Source: Octopus sinensis
Lineage: Eukaryota
Assembly (NCBI RefSeq): GCF_006345805.1
Contig: NC_042998.1
Location: 59,334,001-59,398,000, forward strand
Direction of reading: 5' to 3'
DNA: 64,000 nt
Positions 35,110 to 47,774 of the stretch are shown one piece after another. Each line of letters starts with the position of its first letter. Position 1 is the stretch's first letter. A program made the translations under genes and the position numbers. The notes beneath the pieces are model-generated. The model made no database searches. It was not told where the DNA came from and was given only the letters and a program-made list of their open reading frames with translations.

Positions 35110-35270
35110 ATATTGATGACGATGATGATGATGATGATGATGATGATAATGAAAATGAAGTTGATGATGATAATGACGACGAAGACGACGATGATGATGA
35201 TGATGGTGATGATGAAAATGAAGATGATGATGATGATGATAATGACGATGATGATAGTATTTAAGATGAT
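35110..35270. repeat. (GAT)n-rich trinucleotide tract
   Basis: Directly visible; source of the poly-D/M/H ORFs. Confidence 0.95.
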
Positions 35271-35884
35271 GATAGCCGTGGTAATATTGGATTTGCAAAA
35301 AGAATTTTTAAGCAAAATTCTCAAGGGGAAAACAATGAATTGATATGCAAGGTTGTGGTAAATAATGGGACAAAGTACTAGAACAAAATTCTCTGTCAAA
35401 AATCAGAGTGATGTAGTGATAATGATTACGACGATGATCAAAATATATATAATTGACGTGGATGGCTGTTGAAGTCAATTCATAGAAGTTAGACACACAC
35501 AGTAAAGCATTTAACATTGTCTCTTGACACCCCACCATATGTTGAGATGAAATACAATAAAACAATAAATTAGAAAATAAGAAAGTAGATACATAAAAAA
35601 AAACGATTGAGCTAATAAATACCGGAAAATTATATTTTAGGACGAAGTAAAGAGGGATTAATACTATGAAATATTTGCTTGAATCCAATATGTACGCCTC
35701 AGACAATATATCGAAAACAACCTGTAAGTTTCGTCTGTGATTAAAAGTAAAATATTGTTTACAATGAAATATCTTCACAAAGTAGAACTCTCTAGATTGT
35801 ATGTATGATGACACTAAGAACTTTCACCCTCTTCTTTCTCAATTACTGAAATATTAATGATCTATGAAGAACAATGATCTATGA

Positions 35885-36050
35885 AGAGGCGCGTGACTTA
35901 GTGGATAGGGTGTCAGCATCATGATCGTAAGATTGTTGTTTCGATTCCTGGACCAGACAACGCGTTGTGTTCTTGTCCAAATGGGCAACACATACGCCAT
36001 AGAAACCGGGAAACCGGGCCCGTGAGCATGGCTAGGTTTTAAAAGGGCGC
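35885..36050 (+). mobile_element. tRNA-derived SINE, internally deleted
   Basis: A box TAGTGGATAGG, B box GTTTCGATTCC, tail GAAACCGGGAAACCGGG. Confidence 0.7.
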
Positions 36051-36409
36051 ATTTATTTATTATTTATATGAAGAATAAGAAAACAAAAATAAAACACAAT
36101 CCAGGAATTTCGTCCAGACTACGTATTTTTCATGTACATATAATAAATATTTCTCTGCATAAAAGTTTTGATTAATATTTTCCATGTTATTCATTAGCTA
36201 ATCATAAGTTAGTTTAAGCTATAGCATCGAAATGTGGAGAGTTAATAATATTATTTGAATGAAAAAAATGAAGGTAGTGTTGGATTGATAACTGGTTAGT
36301 TAGTATAAGTGGCTACAGTGCAACTAAATTAGTAGCTGATTTACGTTAAATTTGTAAACCTAACCAGGAAGTCATGAAGAAATAGTTGTTTATTCCTTCT
36401 CGATCCACA

Positions 36410-36690
36410 CCTGGCTCATAAGGGTCGGTTTCCCGGTTTCCTTGAGGTATAGGTTCCCCACCTGAACGGGATGTCAGTCTATTGCAGGTGAGCTGCTAGA
36501 TGCCGGAGGTAAGTGTGAGAGAAAGTTGTGGTGAAAGAGTCAGCAGAAGCTCGCCATTACCTTCTGCCGGAGCCGCTTGGAGCTTAGGTGTTTCGCTCAT
36601 AAACAAACTCATCACCCGGTCTGAGATTCGAACCCGTGATTCCTCGACCGCGAGTCCGCTACTCTAACCACTAGGCTCTGTGCCTCCACA
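36410..36690 (-). mobile_element. Full-length tRNA-derived SINE
   Basis: TAGTGGTTAGAG A box, GGTTCGAATCT B box, central domain and GAAACCGGGAAACC tail. Confidence 0.8.
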
Positions 36691-39600
36691 TGAAGAAATA
36701 GTAGCACAACTAATATTCCAGAGTACGTTTAGTGCTTCAACCGGAGTCAAATGGCCAAGACCGAACAAGATACAAAACGTGATTTGATACGATCAAAGGT
36801 AGAAATAGAAAAAATCTATTGTGTTGAATGAGAAATAATCGCTATTGATCATTGCACAAAACAATATTTAAACCTCTTTGACGGAAAATAAAATTTTCTA
36901 TTAATAATATTCAAAGACCTTCCTGTCTATAGGCGTGGATTGAATGATAAAGATTGGTGCAACAATGATATATATTACACATTTGTAGAAAATGGAAAAA
37001 TAGAATTTAAAACAAAAGATTGCTTGAGAAGATATATTATAGTCGATTTTGATTTCTATTCACGGAACCTATATTTCAAGAAACCTTATTGGTGCGCAGA
37101 AGCAGTTAAGAACGAAAGTTGACTAAATTTAGGAGTTATTTAGATAGAATAAACTTAATTTGAATAGCTAACATTTCCAATGAAAGTGATATATGTTTTG
37201 ATCGTGGAATCGAAGCCTTATACAGCATATGTGGTGGGTTTAAAAGGAAATCAAGTGATTATGATTTTAAAATACAATTATAGGTTACTAAAGAGCAGTC
37301 TAATGCACGGTGACCTTCAAGAAAAACGATTGGTTGTATGCTACTTTATATATATTTTAGGAACATAAATAGCTTATACTAATAAAGAAGGCTTTCAAGT
37401 GAATTTAGAATTTTGAACCAACAAACGTTATCAAAACGTCAGTACATGTCTATTGATTTCCAGTATTGGAACCGTTCCAGATCTTTTGGGTGAGCATGTG
37501 GTCGATAATTTATTCATTGACCTTAAACATTTAAATGAAAACTGTTCGAAATAGCAGCTTTTCAACCCTTAACTTAGAGCCATTTGTAAGACTACTGAAA
37601 GCATTTCGCTCGGGCCTGTTTCAAGTTTGTTCTCATCCACTCTCTGCATAAGGTATAAAGTAAGTAACTGTCAAATGAATAAAAATGAATGAAAAAAATT
37701 GCCTCAATAGCTTACGTAGGTTTTCAGTCTTGTAAATCAATGAAATAAATACTGGAAGGGAATTGAAAAGTAAGATTATATATCTGGTATGTTTAATCTC
37801 AAGGCAATGAGAGATTTTTAGAGATAATTTGATTCTTTGACTCTCTCTGTGAAATGGAAGTAAACATATTAAGCTTTGTTTGGTTGCACTATGATCTCGT
37901 TAATCTAAAAACCTGAATCGATTTCGATTTTCGTCGTCGGTTATATTTCTTACAATATTTATTTTTAATTCATTTGTGGATTCTATGTTCCATTTAATTT
38001 CTCTGGCTGGATAAAACATACATCCTTCAGCGTCAACACATTTAAATATATTTTCTCTACAACATTACCGCATGCTAATTAAAAAGCAATATTTATGTAT
38101 ATTGTGAGATTAAAAAGGCTGTATAGTGCATCTAAAGATAATGTCATTGGATAACGCTTATACTTTTCTAGAGGACATTCAAGATTGTAAATAAAGAGAG
38201 TAGCTTCAGCTGATAATTGAAATTTCATTTCAGCGAAAATTCGTCAGTTATTTTTAAACTAAGATGTTCGCCACAAGTCGAGCAACAGATATTAGACAAA
38301 TTCATCTACACGTTATATACAATAGTTGTCAATTCTTAGTCATCACATTTTTAATGCTTGCCCTTATATTTCACGGAAGTTTTGCACTTAGAAAATTATT
38401 GTTAAAAAATGAGACTACTTGTCCCAAGTGGTCTCACTCTTTATACTTTTTTCGAACTATGGCAAGAAACAACATTGTTTTACTTTAAAATACTAAATGT
38501 ACACCGAGTAAGTCCGTCAATCAAAACACATTTTACCGTTTTATTCTTCTGTCGTAAATCAAACTTTCACCCTCAAATGAAACTGATCTTCGTAAGAACA
38601 ATAGGGTCATATATTTGTGCTATATATAAATAATATAACATTTAACATTTTCACCAGACTAGTCTCCTTTGAATACCGTTTACTGATATCACAGCTCTAG
38701 ATAAAATAAGTTTTAGTCAGGTATCAGCACTGAATGTGTATAAATGTACGATTGTTAGAAATTATTCTTATTAGTATTGTTTACTTCAGAAGAAGTATGA
38801 CGCGCTGTTTGAGTTCCTAACAATTTGGAAGAAAGGAGCTGCAAGAAAAACATTAATTAGAACTTAAATAGATAACTTTTCAATACAAGACACGGAAAGC
38901 TTGATTTGGGTTTGTGAAAGTAGAAATTCCTTTATGGCTGGAATTAAAAATATTAATGACAATGTCTTGTTGCTCAGATCGGAAGATGAAGACAGCAGTG
39001 AAAATAGGTCAACATATTACAGAATTCCACTAAATTTAAGAAATAACTTACACCCACACTCCTGGGTTAAAAATTATATACCATTATTGTGAAACAACGA
39101 CTGCAATAAAAATAGCCATAACAGAATTACAGAGAGTAGCCATTACTACAACTTTAACATCATCATCAACTAGAGCTTCGGAGATAATAATAAAACATTT
39201 TGTTATCAATTGTAACAACGGATAACAATGGTTTGACTAACACTCTCAGCACATTCAGTTACAGAAATATAATAAAAACAACTGAAGGATCAGCAATGAA
39301 AGCATTAGTTTTCAAAATACTAAATGTCGATGTATAATTAATTAGTTACTGGCCAGCTAGAAATACACAGGCAATAAAAATATTTTAAGAGAAAATATAG
39401 AAAATATATCGTTGAAGTGCTCGTATAAAAACTTCCACTAACGATTTCTCTGTTTCGTATAAGGTAACATAACTCCTTCGCATAGCGAGGCTGACGGAAT
39501 CCAAAAATAAATACAAGATAAAATAACGCGCTTTCATTCTTAGTTTCTTTTGTCCACTTTTTAAGACTGCGTTCGTATGAAATTTCAGTCTGTGGTTAGA

Positions 39601-39912
39601 TCGAGCTGAATGAATTTAATGGAATGTGGTTAGGTAAACTCATACTATGTTATTTCTGACTTAATTTATTTGAATTTCAAAATATCCTGTAAAGTGCAAA
39701 TAATTGAATCGGAATAGTTGCGTCAATGCAATACTTTAAATCATTTTTCATCTCAATCCATTCAAATGGTTCTTAGGAAACTGTTGCATCGCACGTTCGA
39801 CGACGATATAACGGGATAATAATAATGTACTCCCAAATCGTTCTACCTAATATACTGGTAATAACCCTTGACAATACGCAACTCTCAACTTACACAGCTC
39901 AACACTCTGACA

Positions 39913-41400
39913 TTTTTATTTCCCACAAGGGGTACACATAGAAGGGGACAATACAAGACACGTGGGGACACGAAACAAAGAAGAAAAAAACAAAAATAAA
40001 AAACGTATGTAAACAAGATTAAATGAAATATGAAATGAAAATGTAATGAAGCTTCTCGGCCCCTCCTACGAGTAGCTTCATTTATACCTTTTTAACGCAT
40101 TTTAAACTTTGTAACAGCGAAAATATTCACTTTATATTCCTGTAACGGCTCTAAGTACGTTAAATAATATAGCAACAGATTAATATCCACACCCACCTTC
40201 CAACAGTTATAACCATTTTTATATTTCATTATTATTGATCTTTGCTCTTCAATTGATAGTAGGCAACAATGCCATCCTTTAATATTGTCATCTCTTTTTG
40301 TATCTACTGCTATAAAATCTTCGCCATGTTTATATCTCTTCACAATGTTTCTTGTTTGAACCATTATAAATAATAGCGTAACAGTTTTTTCCTTTTGCCG
40401 GAGGAGGGATTTGAGGGTTTTTGTCTGAATGTGATCTTTTTGTGTCAGAGTGGGATGGGAAGGTTTGATGTCTCTAGGGGAGGGTCGGACGAAGAGTGTG
40501 TGGGTAGATGGGTGCTTTTGATTTGTTTCTTTCTTTTTCTTCTTTTTTCCCGTTCTCCCATTCATTATCTGTTTCCTTTTCTTTTTCCTCCGTTGTTTGT
40601 GGTACTACCTCTTTCTCTCTCATTGGTTCTTCCCGGGGTTCTTCTGTCTTTTTTGGGCGGCGAAGGGCAGTCCGCTCTAATGTGACCTTTCAGGCCTCAC
40701 TTAAAACATCGAGGGGTCCTGCTCTCCACCCTAACCCTCATTATTACATTATCCAATGTAACCGTTTCTGTTATGTTTTCAACTGTCTCTGTCGACCCCT
40801 GGATAATCATATCCAGGGTGTGACCTTTCCTATGCCTACTTTCAGCTCTCGTGGCCTGGAGAACCGCTATCTTTTTCTCGTTTCCGAGTAAGACAGCGAC
40901 TACTATCCAGGCCACAACGACATCCGCTGGTATACCCCTTACCCTAACCCTGGAAGCACGTCTTCCAAGGTATGTCGGTAGGAGTATCATTTATTCGCTT
41001 TTCACACGGGTTGCTGAATGCTTCCTAGCTGATACTACCTTTTAAAATTAGTGTTCTTTCTATCTGGTTTGTCGACGTAATGTCCACTTTCCCTGCTTCC
41101 ACTGGATAACATCTGTACACTATCGTCCGCTCCTTTTTATCATTGACTATTTTCTGAGAAGGGGATAATTTTACATTATTTCCCTATATATTCAATATCA
41201 TTTTACGTCAATCCATTTTTTCCAAACTTACCTTGTCATTTTGAAACTTCGTGTCTTCTGCGAAGGTATTTTTCTTTTTTATTATTCGTTCATCCATTTT
41301 CTCAATAGTTCTTAACTCTTCTTCCGATGACGACAGCTCCGATTAGCTGTTGTCTTCATCCGACGACATATTTACTAGGCCGACCCTCCTGTACACTCTC
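39913..41400 (-). mobile_element. Non-autonomous ORF1-only (gag-like zinc knuckle) retroelement with Tx1-like 3' tail
   Basis: Disrupted frame from ATG 41369 (MSSDEDNS) to 40092 with PRCFK*GLKGHIRADCP (CCHC knuckle, second Cys mutated to a stop); no EN/RT; tail TGTATTGTCCCCTTCTATG...GGGAAATAAAAA. Confidence 0.65.
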
Positions 41401-42194
41401 TGCATATGTCCATTTGTAATTCCATACAGCAGAAACTATATACCAAAAGATGTGACTTATTTCTCCCTCATTTCTTCGAAACATACTGAGCCAAAAGAAA
41501 GTTTAGTTTTATTCAAAATTTACGTATGTGTTCGTCCGAATAGATCTGAACGATATAAACGGTATTGTAAAACTTTGCAACTTAAGCAAATGCAAAATCT
41601 AACAATCATCGGTTTTCTGAAAACAGCTTACATTCATTTCGGCAATCTCTATCTTCGTTTGTACTTTCAGAACTTTTACTTAATAGAATTATATATAACT
41701 TGACGCTGTTATTTTCCCATAAATCTCTGTACGCAAACTTCATTTCACTTCATCTTTATAAATCAAAAATATTAAATATTGTCTCTTTTGCATTTATTTA
41801 TTTTGGCCTGCATTAAAGTTTACTCTCAGAAACAGAACCAAGGGCACACAAAGTCATTAAATTGTGCAAGTATATCACTAAAAATAACACTTATCCCAGG
41901 GATATACCAATAATGATCAGAAGCTTGTTAGCTTATGAATATTAAGTGGAAAAGAAAACTCAACCATAAAGATATTTATGCATTTAAATAAAGGCCAAAT
42001 GAAAAAGAAATAAATTAGCAGAAAGCTACTAGTGGATTTATGTTTTCTAGAAGTCTCCGCTGGTGAAGCTAGATCCGGGTTGATAAAATAAAAATAAGAA
42101 AATACCAGTTGAGCTCTGAGGTAGATGTAATCAACTCCCCACACCAAAATGTTCGAGCCTGGTGCCTGCAGTAGAAAGGATTATTAGCATCAGC

Positions 42195-42385
42195 AAGTTG
42201 GCAGAATCATTAGAATCCCGGGCAAAACGCTAAGTGACATTTCATCTGCCTTCACATTCTGAGTTCAAATTCAACCAAGGTCAACATTGTCTTTCATTTT
42301 TTGGGGGATCAATAAAAAGAGTACCAGTTAAGCATTGCGATTAATGCTATCAACTTACCAGCTCCCCCAAATTTGCTGGTATGCT
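42195..42385 (+). mobile_element. tRNA/CORE-like SINE, diverged
   Basis: TGGCAGAATCATTAG...TTCTGAGTTCAAATTC...AGTACCAGT. Confidence 0.65.
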
Positions 42386-45109
42386 TCAACCCATTTCTCT
42401 GGCCCAAAACATCTGAATTTAACTTTGTGGTTATTAAATGCGCAATTTGAGGTCCAAGTACAAATCCACTGCGATTAACTTTATCTTCATTGCATGATTA
42501 AAATTATGACCGACTAAACTAAGGCCAATTAAACTGTTCATAACTGCTTTCCCAAATAATGTAGATGCCTATGTTTGAAAATACTGTCGTCGTTCTTAAC
42601 ATTGTCCTTTCATTGATGCTACTTTTAGGATAAATCCTACAATGAATTCTGTTAATTTTCACTAGTTGTGGGTAAACCTCATAGGCTACAAACATATTTC
42701 TCTGGTTGAATTGTGAATAAATTAACGCAGTTAAGATACGTCCACCTTTTCATTTTACAATTGGGCTTGTAATTTTTGTAATTATTTGTTTAAAAAAATC
42801 TTTTGGAGCGAGTGTCTCATTCAGTAGTTTAGAAAAAGATTCAAGTGAATGAGAATTCCAGTAATGAACAACAATAAGCAAGACTTTAAAAAACTGAAAT
42901 ATCGTATTTGATGATCTGGTATTTGCTATGTCTTTTTCCTCCACGTAATAGGTATATTAATATTATAAAGGGATAACCGAATTTATAGTAATGGGTAGGA
43001 GGAAGCGTGATAATTTTTTCTCGTGTACACGAACAATTTTCTACCTCTAAATCGTATGGAATTTATCAAATAATAAAATTTGCACAAACGCTTATGTGTT
43101 TAGGAAATAAACCATCGATTAAAATATTTGCAGATAACGTTTTAATGCCTACTTGAGAACATCTGTATAATCTTGTTATCGACTTTTAGATCATGTGAAA
43201 ATACAGCAAGTAAAAGTCACTAATAATTTAACTAGTTCTACTAGACATAGCCTTAAAATAAAACGTACCACCTATTTATAAGCAGAGACATGTCGTAAAA
43301 TGAATAGCAATATCATGATGAACAATCAAAGAATTACAGCATTGACTTCAAATTGCTACTCATCACGAATTCTCTTAAGGACAAAATAGAAGACTGACGT
43401 ATAATTCTAGCCAATATTTCTAGACGGAATGAAGTAAAACAAACTAGCACAAAGTTATAAGTATATATATATATATATATATATATATAACACCAAAGAA
43501 TCTATAATCTAACAAAATAATTAGCTGGTGATTTTCGTTTTATGAACATATTCAGCCAATTTAATTGTTCTTTACTTGTTTCTGACGGTATAAATGGCGG
43601 CCTTGGGAAAACTTTTGCTCAATAGAATTGGCTACTAACTCTCCAATAATAAATATCGAATACGAAATAAAAATCCAATGAGGTGAATTCATATTTAGTT
43701 TAGGTTTAGAAACCGATTGACATCAGAAAAAGGTCTGATGATATAAAATAAAATTCTATCTTTAGCAATGAGCTTGGAATCAGAAGAAGAGAGGATAGCA
43801 AATTCAAAATTAAAACTTCCGTATATTACTGGTATTTGTTTTATTGATCATTGATAGGGGAAAATGAAATTTAACCCTTGTTGGGCTTGAGTTCAGAACA
43901 CAAAATATTATAACTAAATGCAGTAATATATTTTAACCGGTATGTCACTGTTTTAGGGAATTCACCGATTTTAATACTTATATAGAAGTCTGTAAGCCAC
44001 GTAAGTAGATGGTGAACTTTTGCAAACAGATTTTGATGTTCCTTTTCTATTAAGGGTCATTAAACATAATTTACTCTACTCATCTCTTCGGCAAAGACAC
44101 GGTCATCACAATTTCCCATAAATCAATCTTCACATCAGGATATTTATATTGATAAAATGTGAAGTAATGATCAATAATTAATTTTATGGAATCTCGATAT
44201 TTTGTCCATCGAGACAGCAACTTTCATTTATACATTCCGACTGTGGTGAATAATCTTATAGCAAATAGGAGCTAGTTGCAATTTCCCTCCACCTTAGCAG
44301 TTCAATCTATTGAAGATGCGGGAAAGTAGGGTTTATGAGTATAACACTCAATACAAGTTAGTAGAAAAGAACACTGCTAAAGTTTCAATAAATTATTTAC
44401 TCGAATAAATTACCAAAAATATTCGAATAATCAAGTAAGTGTATATGATTAATTAAAGCAACTAATAACAGTGATTTTAAATACAGTTTCGGTCTATTTC
44501 ATTGACCAAATAACAGGAATTTAAACTCAGTTTATGAGAAGCAGCAAGTGATGAGAACGTGAAAAATTAAAGAATAGCCAGTTCTGCTTTTATCTAACGC
44601 GGGTAAAATTGTAGAGGCAAGAGAACGGGTAAAAAGTAAATCAACGCTTTTAATACATTTTAATCAAATTACACATAATGTTTGTATTGCGTGTGTGTAT
44701 GTGTGTGTGTGTTTATGTATGTATACTTGCAATAAACACGGAAAACATAATTCGTACTTTCAGCTTTGTAAAGCATACACGTGTTTCAATAACACGACCG
44801 TCATTATACGCAAGGCAATTGCGAGATGCCATAATATAGACCTTTGCTGCTGAGGCAGTGAATTGTCAGTTCCAATAAACCGATTGGTCGATTTTCCTTT
44901 GGAAACAGAGATAATATATATATAAATATATATGTGAGTGTGTGTGTCCAAGGTGTCACAAAAGTCACTGACGGGTTTCAATTTTTAATAACTTCCTTAA
45001 CTTTACACATAATTGCATGAAAGTTTGGTACAATATAAAGGACATTGTGGAAAGTAATTATCTAATTTTTTCCGACTCTTTCCAGATTTTATTTGCTCTA
45101 GGATCTGAG

Positions 45110-45550
45110 AAACTCATTATGGAAAAATATAGCACTCAGCAACGCATCCAATCTGGGGTCGAAATTTCAGACTCAGAGAGCATACTGTCGGCAATTCCAA
45201 GTGAGAGATGCAGCGAGTGAAAATGCGATTAAAAATTTGATTCGTCGTTTCTAAAAGCAAGAAACTGTAGCCGATATTCCATGATCTGGGAGGCCTCGCT
45301 AGGTCAGAATTTATGAGACATGCGAACAAGCCCGAAACCATCCCGGATTTTTTTCTTGTGGGTAGACCTGAAAGTGGTTTATGTCAATAAACTGGAGACC
45401 CTGATGCAACTGAAGGAGAACATCGATAGAGGAATCAGAGGTGAGGTGTCTGAAACGTTTGAGAGTGTTATGGTGCAAGTTTCGGATAGAGCATGGGCGG
45501 GCGAAGCCTAAAATTGCTGCCATTTAAGCGATATCATTTTTCATATGTGA
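45110..45550 (+). pseudogene. Internally deleted Tc1/mariner-superfamily transposase (same family as 14630-15153)
   Basis: MEKYSTQQRIQ...SENAIKNLIRRF...SGRPR fused to PDFFLWVDLKVVYVNKLETLMQLKENI...HLSDIIFH. Confidence 0.7.
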
Positions 45551-45989
45551 TGTAAAGGTGTTGCACAATTTGACTAATGCATATTAATTTCCATTATGTT
45601 CTTTATACTATATCCAACGTTCATGCATTTATTTATAAAGTTAAGGAAGTTATTAAAGTTGAAACTCCTCACTAACTGAATCTCCTCGAGAACTAAGTGA
45701 AGGGTACACGTGTCTGTGGAGTGCTCAGCCACTCGCACGTTAATTTCACGAGCAGGCTGTTCTGTTGATCGGATGAACTGGATCCCTTGATGTCGTAACC
45801 GACAGTGTGCCACGTTTGACGAAAATCTCCCGCAAGAAGAACTGTTACTCGTCCCATGAGCCTGCTATTGCTTTTATGTCTTGAAGGGTATGGTCAAGTA
45901 CCTCTCGAGCACTGCAATGTGACAGTACACGCATGCCAAACAATGAGGCATGTTTTTTGGAGAACGGTTGCCATTGCAGAGTTTTGGGA

Positions 45990-46720
45990 AATGTTGCACG
46001 TTTGAGAGTCTTTCATTGCAAGGTTTAGAGGGAGTTTCAAAATGTAATGAGCTGTTCCCCATTGAGAAGGGTAGTTGCAACATTAGAAGAAGGTTAGATT
46101 TTATTTCCTCTCATTTAGGAATACAGGTGAATGTGACAAAATTTCCGTATGTCCTGACGTATGACATATCATCTTGTGTTCATTAGTGCATATATCGAGG
46201 ACCACCTGTGAATGATGATGGGAGGATTATAATTTGCCCCTTGCTTTAAATATCACCATCGGTCCTCAGAGCATCTGGGAGATGAACATAATTTTTAGCC
46301 CTTAAATTGTTTCGATTGTTACGAATGTAGAGGAGACGCTGACTCTCAACTTTAGCATACATATCAACCAGGTATTGCTGAAATAAATCACAATACATGT
46401 GTAATTGATTTGATTGTTCTTGTTTTAACATCAGTTGGTAAGAATAAAAGTAATTTGACGACACCTTTTTGTTTGTAATTGGGTCTCCTGTTGCAGGTTC
46501 AGTCCGTGGAATATCGAAATGATGCCCATCTTGTCCATTCCACAAAATAAGAGGGTATTGGAGAGCATCACAAGAGGGATGGGTCTCTGAAACACATTTA
46601 AGTTTATCTCGAGCACGAATGAGAATATCAGGATTTTCATGGGGATCACGTACCATAAGTATGGCTGCCTCATTAGATATGTGCTCATTAAACGGGCGTA
46701 ACATGTTCTTTACTATAGTT
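45990..46720 (-). pseudogene. Helitron Rep (Helitron_like_N) fragment
   Basis: ORF 46246-46704: DALQYPLILWNGQDG...LFQQYLVDMYAKVESQRLLYIR...LRA; continues IILPSSFTGGPRYMH and MSYVRTYG..FVTFTCIPK*EEI. Confidence 0.88.
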
Positions 46721-47738
46721 TACTATAGACGTAACAAAGCTGTAAACACACACACACACACAATCGCACACATACACACACGCTCACACACACAGTCACA
46801 AATACATAGACACTCATAGGATTGATAATATTGAAAACATCAAAACATACACACACGAAGCTCACGTGAAACAAAATGAAATCAATATAGGTGCAAAACA
46901 CTTTCTGTAGCTTACTACAAAATATTTTTGGAGGGAATAATTCCAAAAGAAATATTCCAGCGTCGGAAAGTCACGAATTTAGCAAAAGTTACTGTGCGTC
47001 ACCAATGTAATAAAGTACAGAAAGTCAACATTTATTTGGAACATGTACTAAATCTTATAAAATTGAGGATTGAATGTCACGGTGAAGAAAGTCAAACGCC
47101 ATAATTCAAATTCAAATTCTCATAGAAAAATTATTAATTATTTTACAATTTCTAAATGAACGCTGAACAAAGTGGGTACAATGGCATATGTTGCTGTTGG
47201 GAAAATTAATTAATTTAAAACATTTGCTGAATGATGTATATAGCAAGACAAATTAATTTGACATCACTTACTATATTATTTAGCTGCGTAAAGCTATAGA
47301 GTATAGAATAAATACTGAGTAAATCTGCAAAAAGATTGCTCGGAGTTGAATACTCACACTGGTAAAGCAGCATTGCAGGAATACGATAAGGAATCTAGGA
47401 CTGTTAAAAAAGCATTATCTGAAAACTGTTTATAAGGACTGGAATAACATTTCTGTAATTTTCTTGAAAGTGCAGCTAAAGCTTTCAACTTCACCAAGTT
47501 TTCGAATTTATTATAATAACTAGAATAACATTTTCTTTTTCAGATATATCTCCGAGTGTTGTGAGTGCTGTCAAATCAGCCGTTTCCCTGTTGGTCGATA
47601 CTTTCACATACATGCACACAGACATATATTCACGCACATCTCAGGCCTGTCCCAGTCTCTCTGTGTGTCTGTCTCTGTCTTTAGATGTGTATGTATATAT
47701 ATATATATGTGTGTGTGGTGTGTGTGTGTGTGTGTGTA

Positions 47739-47774
<36 letters not shown>

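Noticed and set aside
36600-36690. tRNA gene
   Set aside because: A and B boxes are present but continue into a SINE body with no acceptor-stem closure.
38860-39230. Candidate exon(s) with open frames of 45-75 aa
   Set aside because: No clear splice sites or recognisable motif; compatible with chance in AT-rich DNA.
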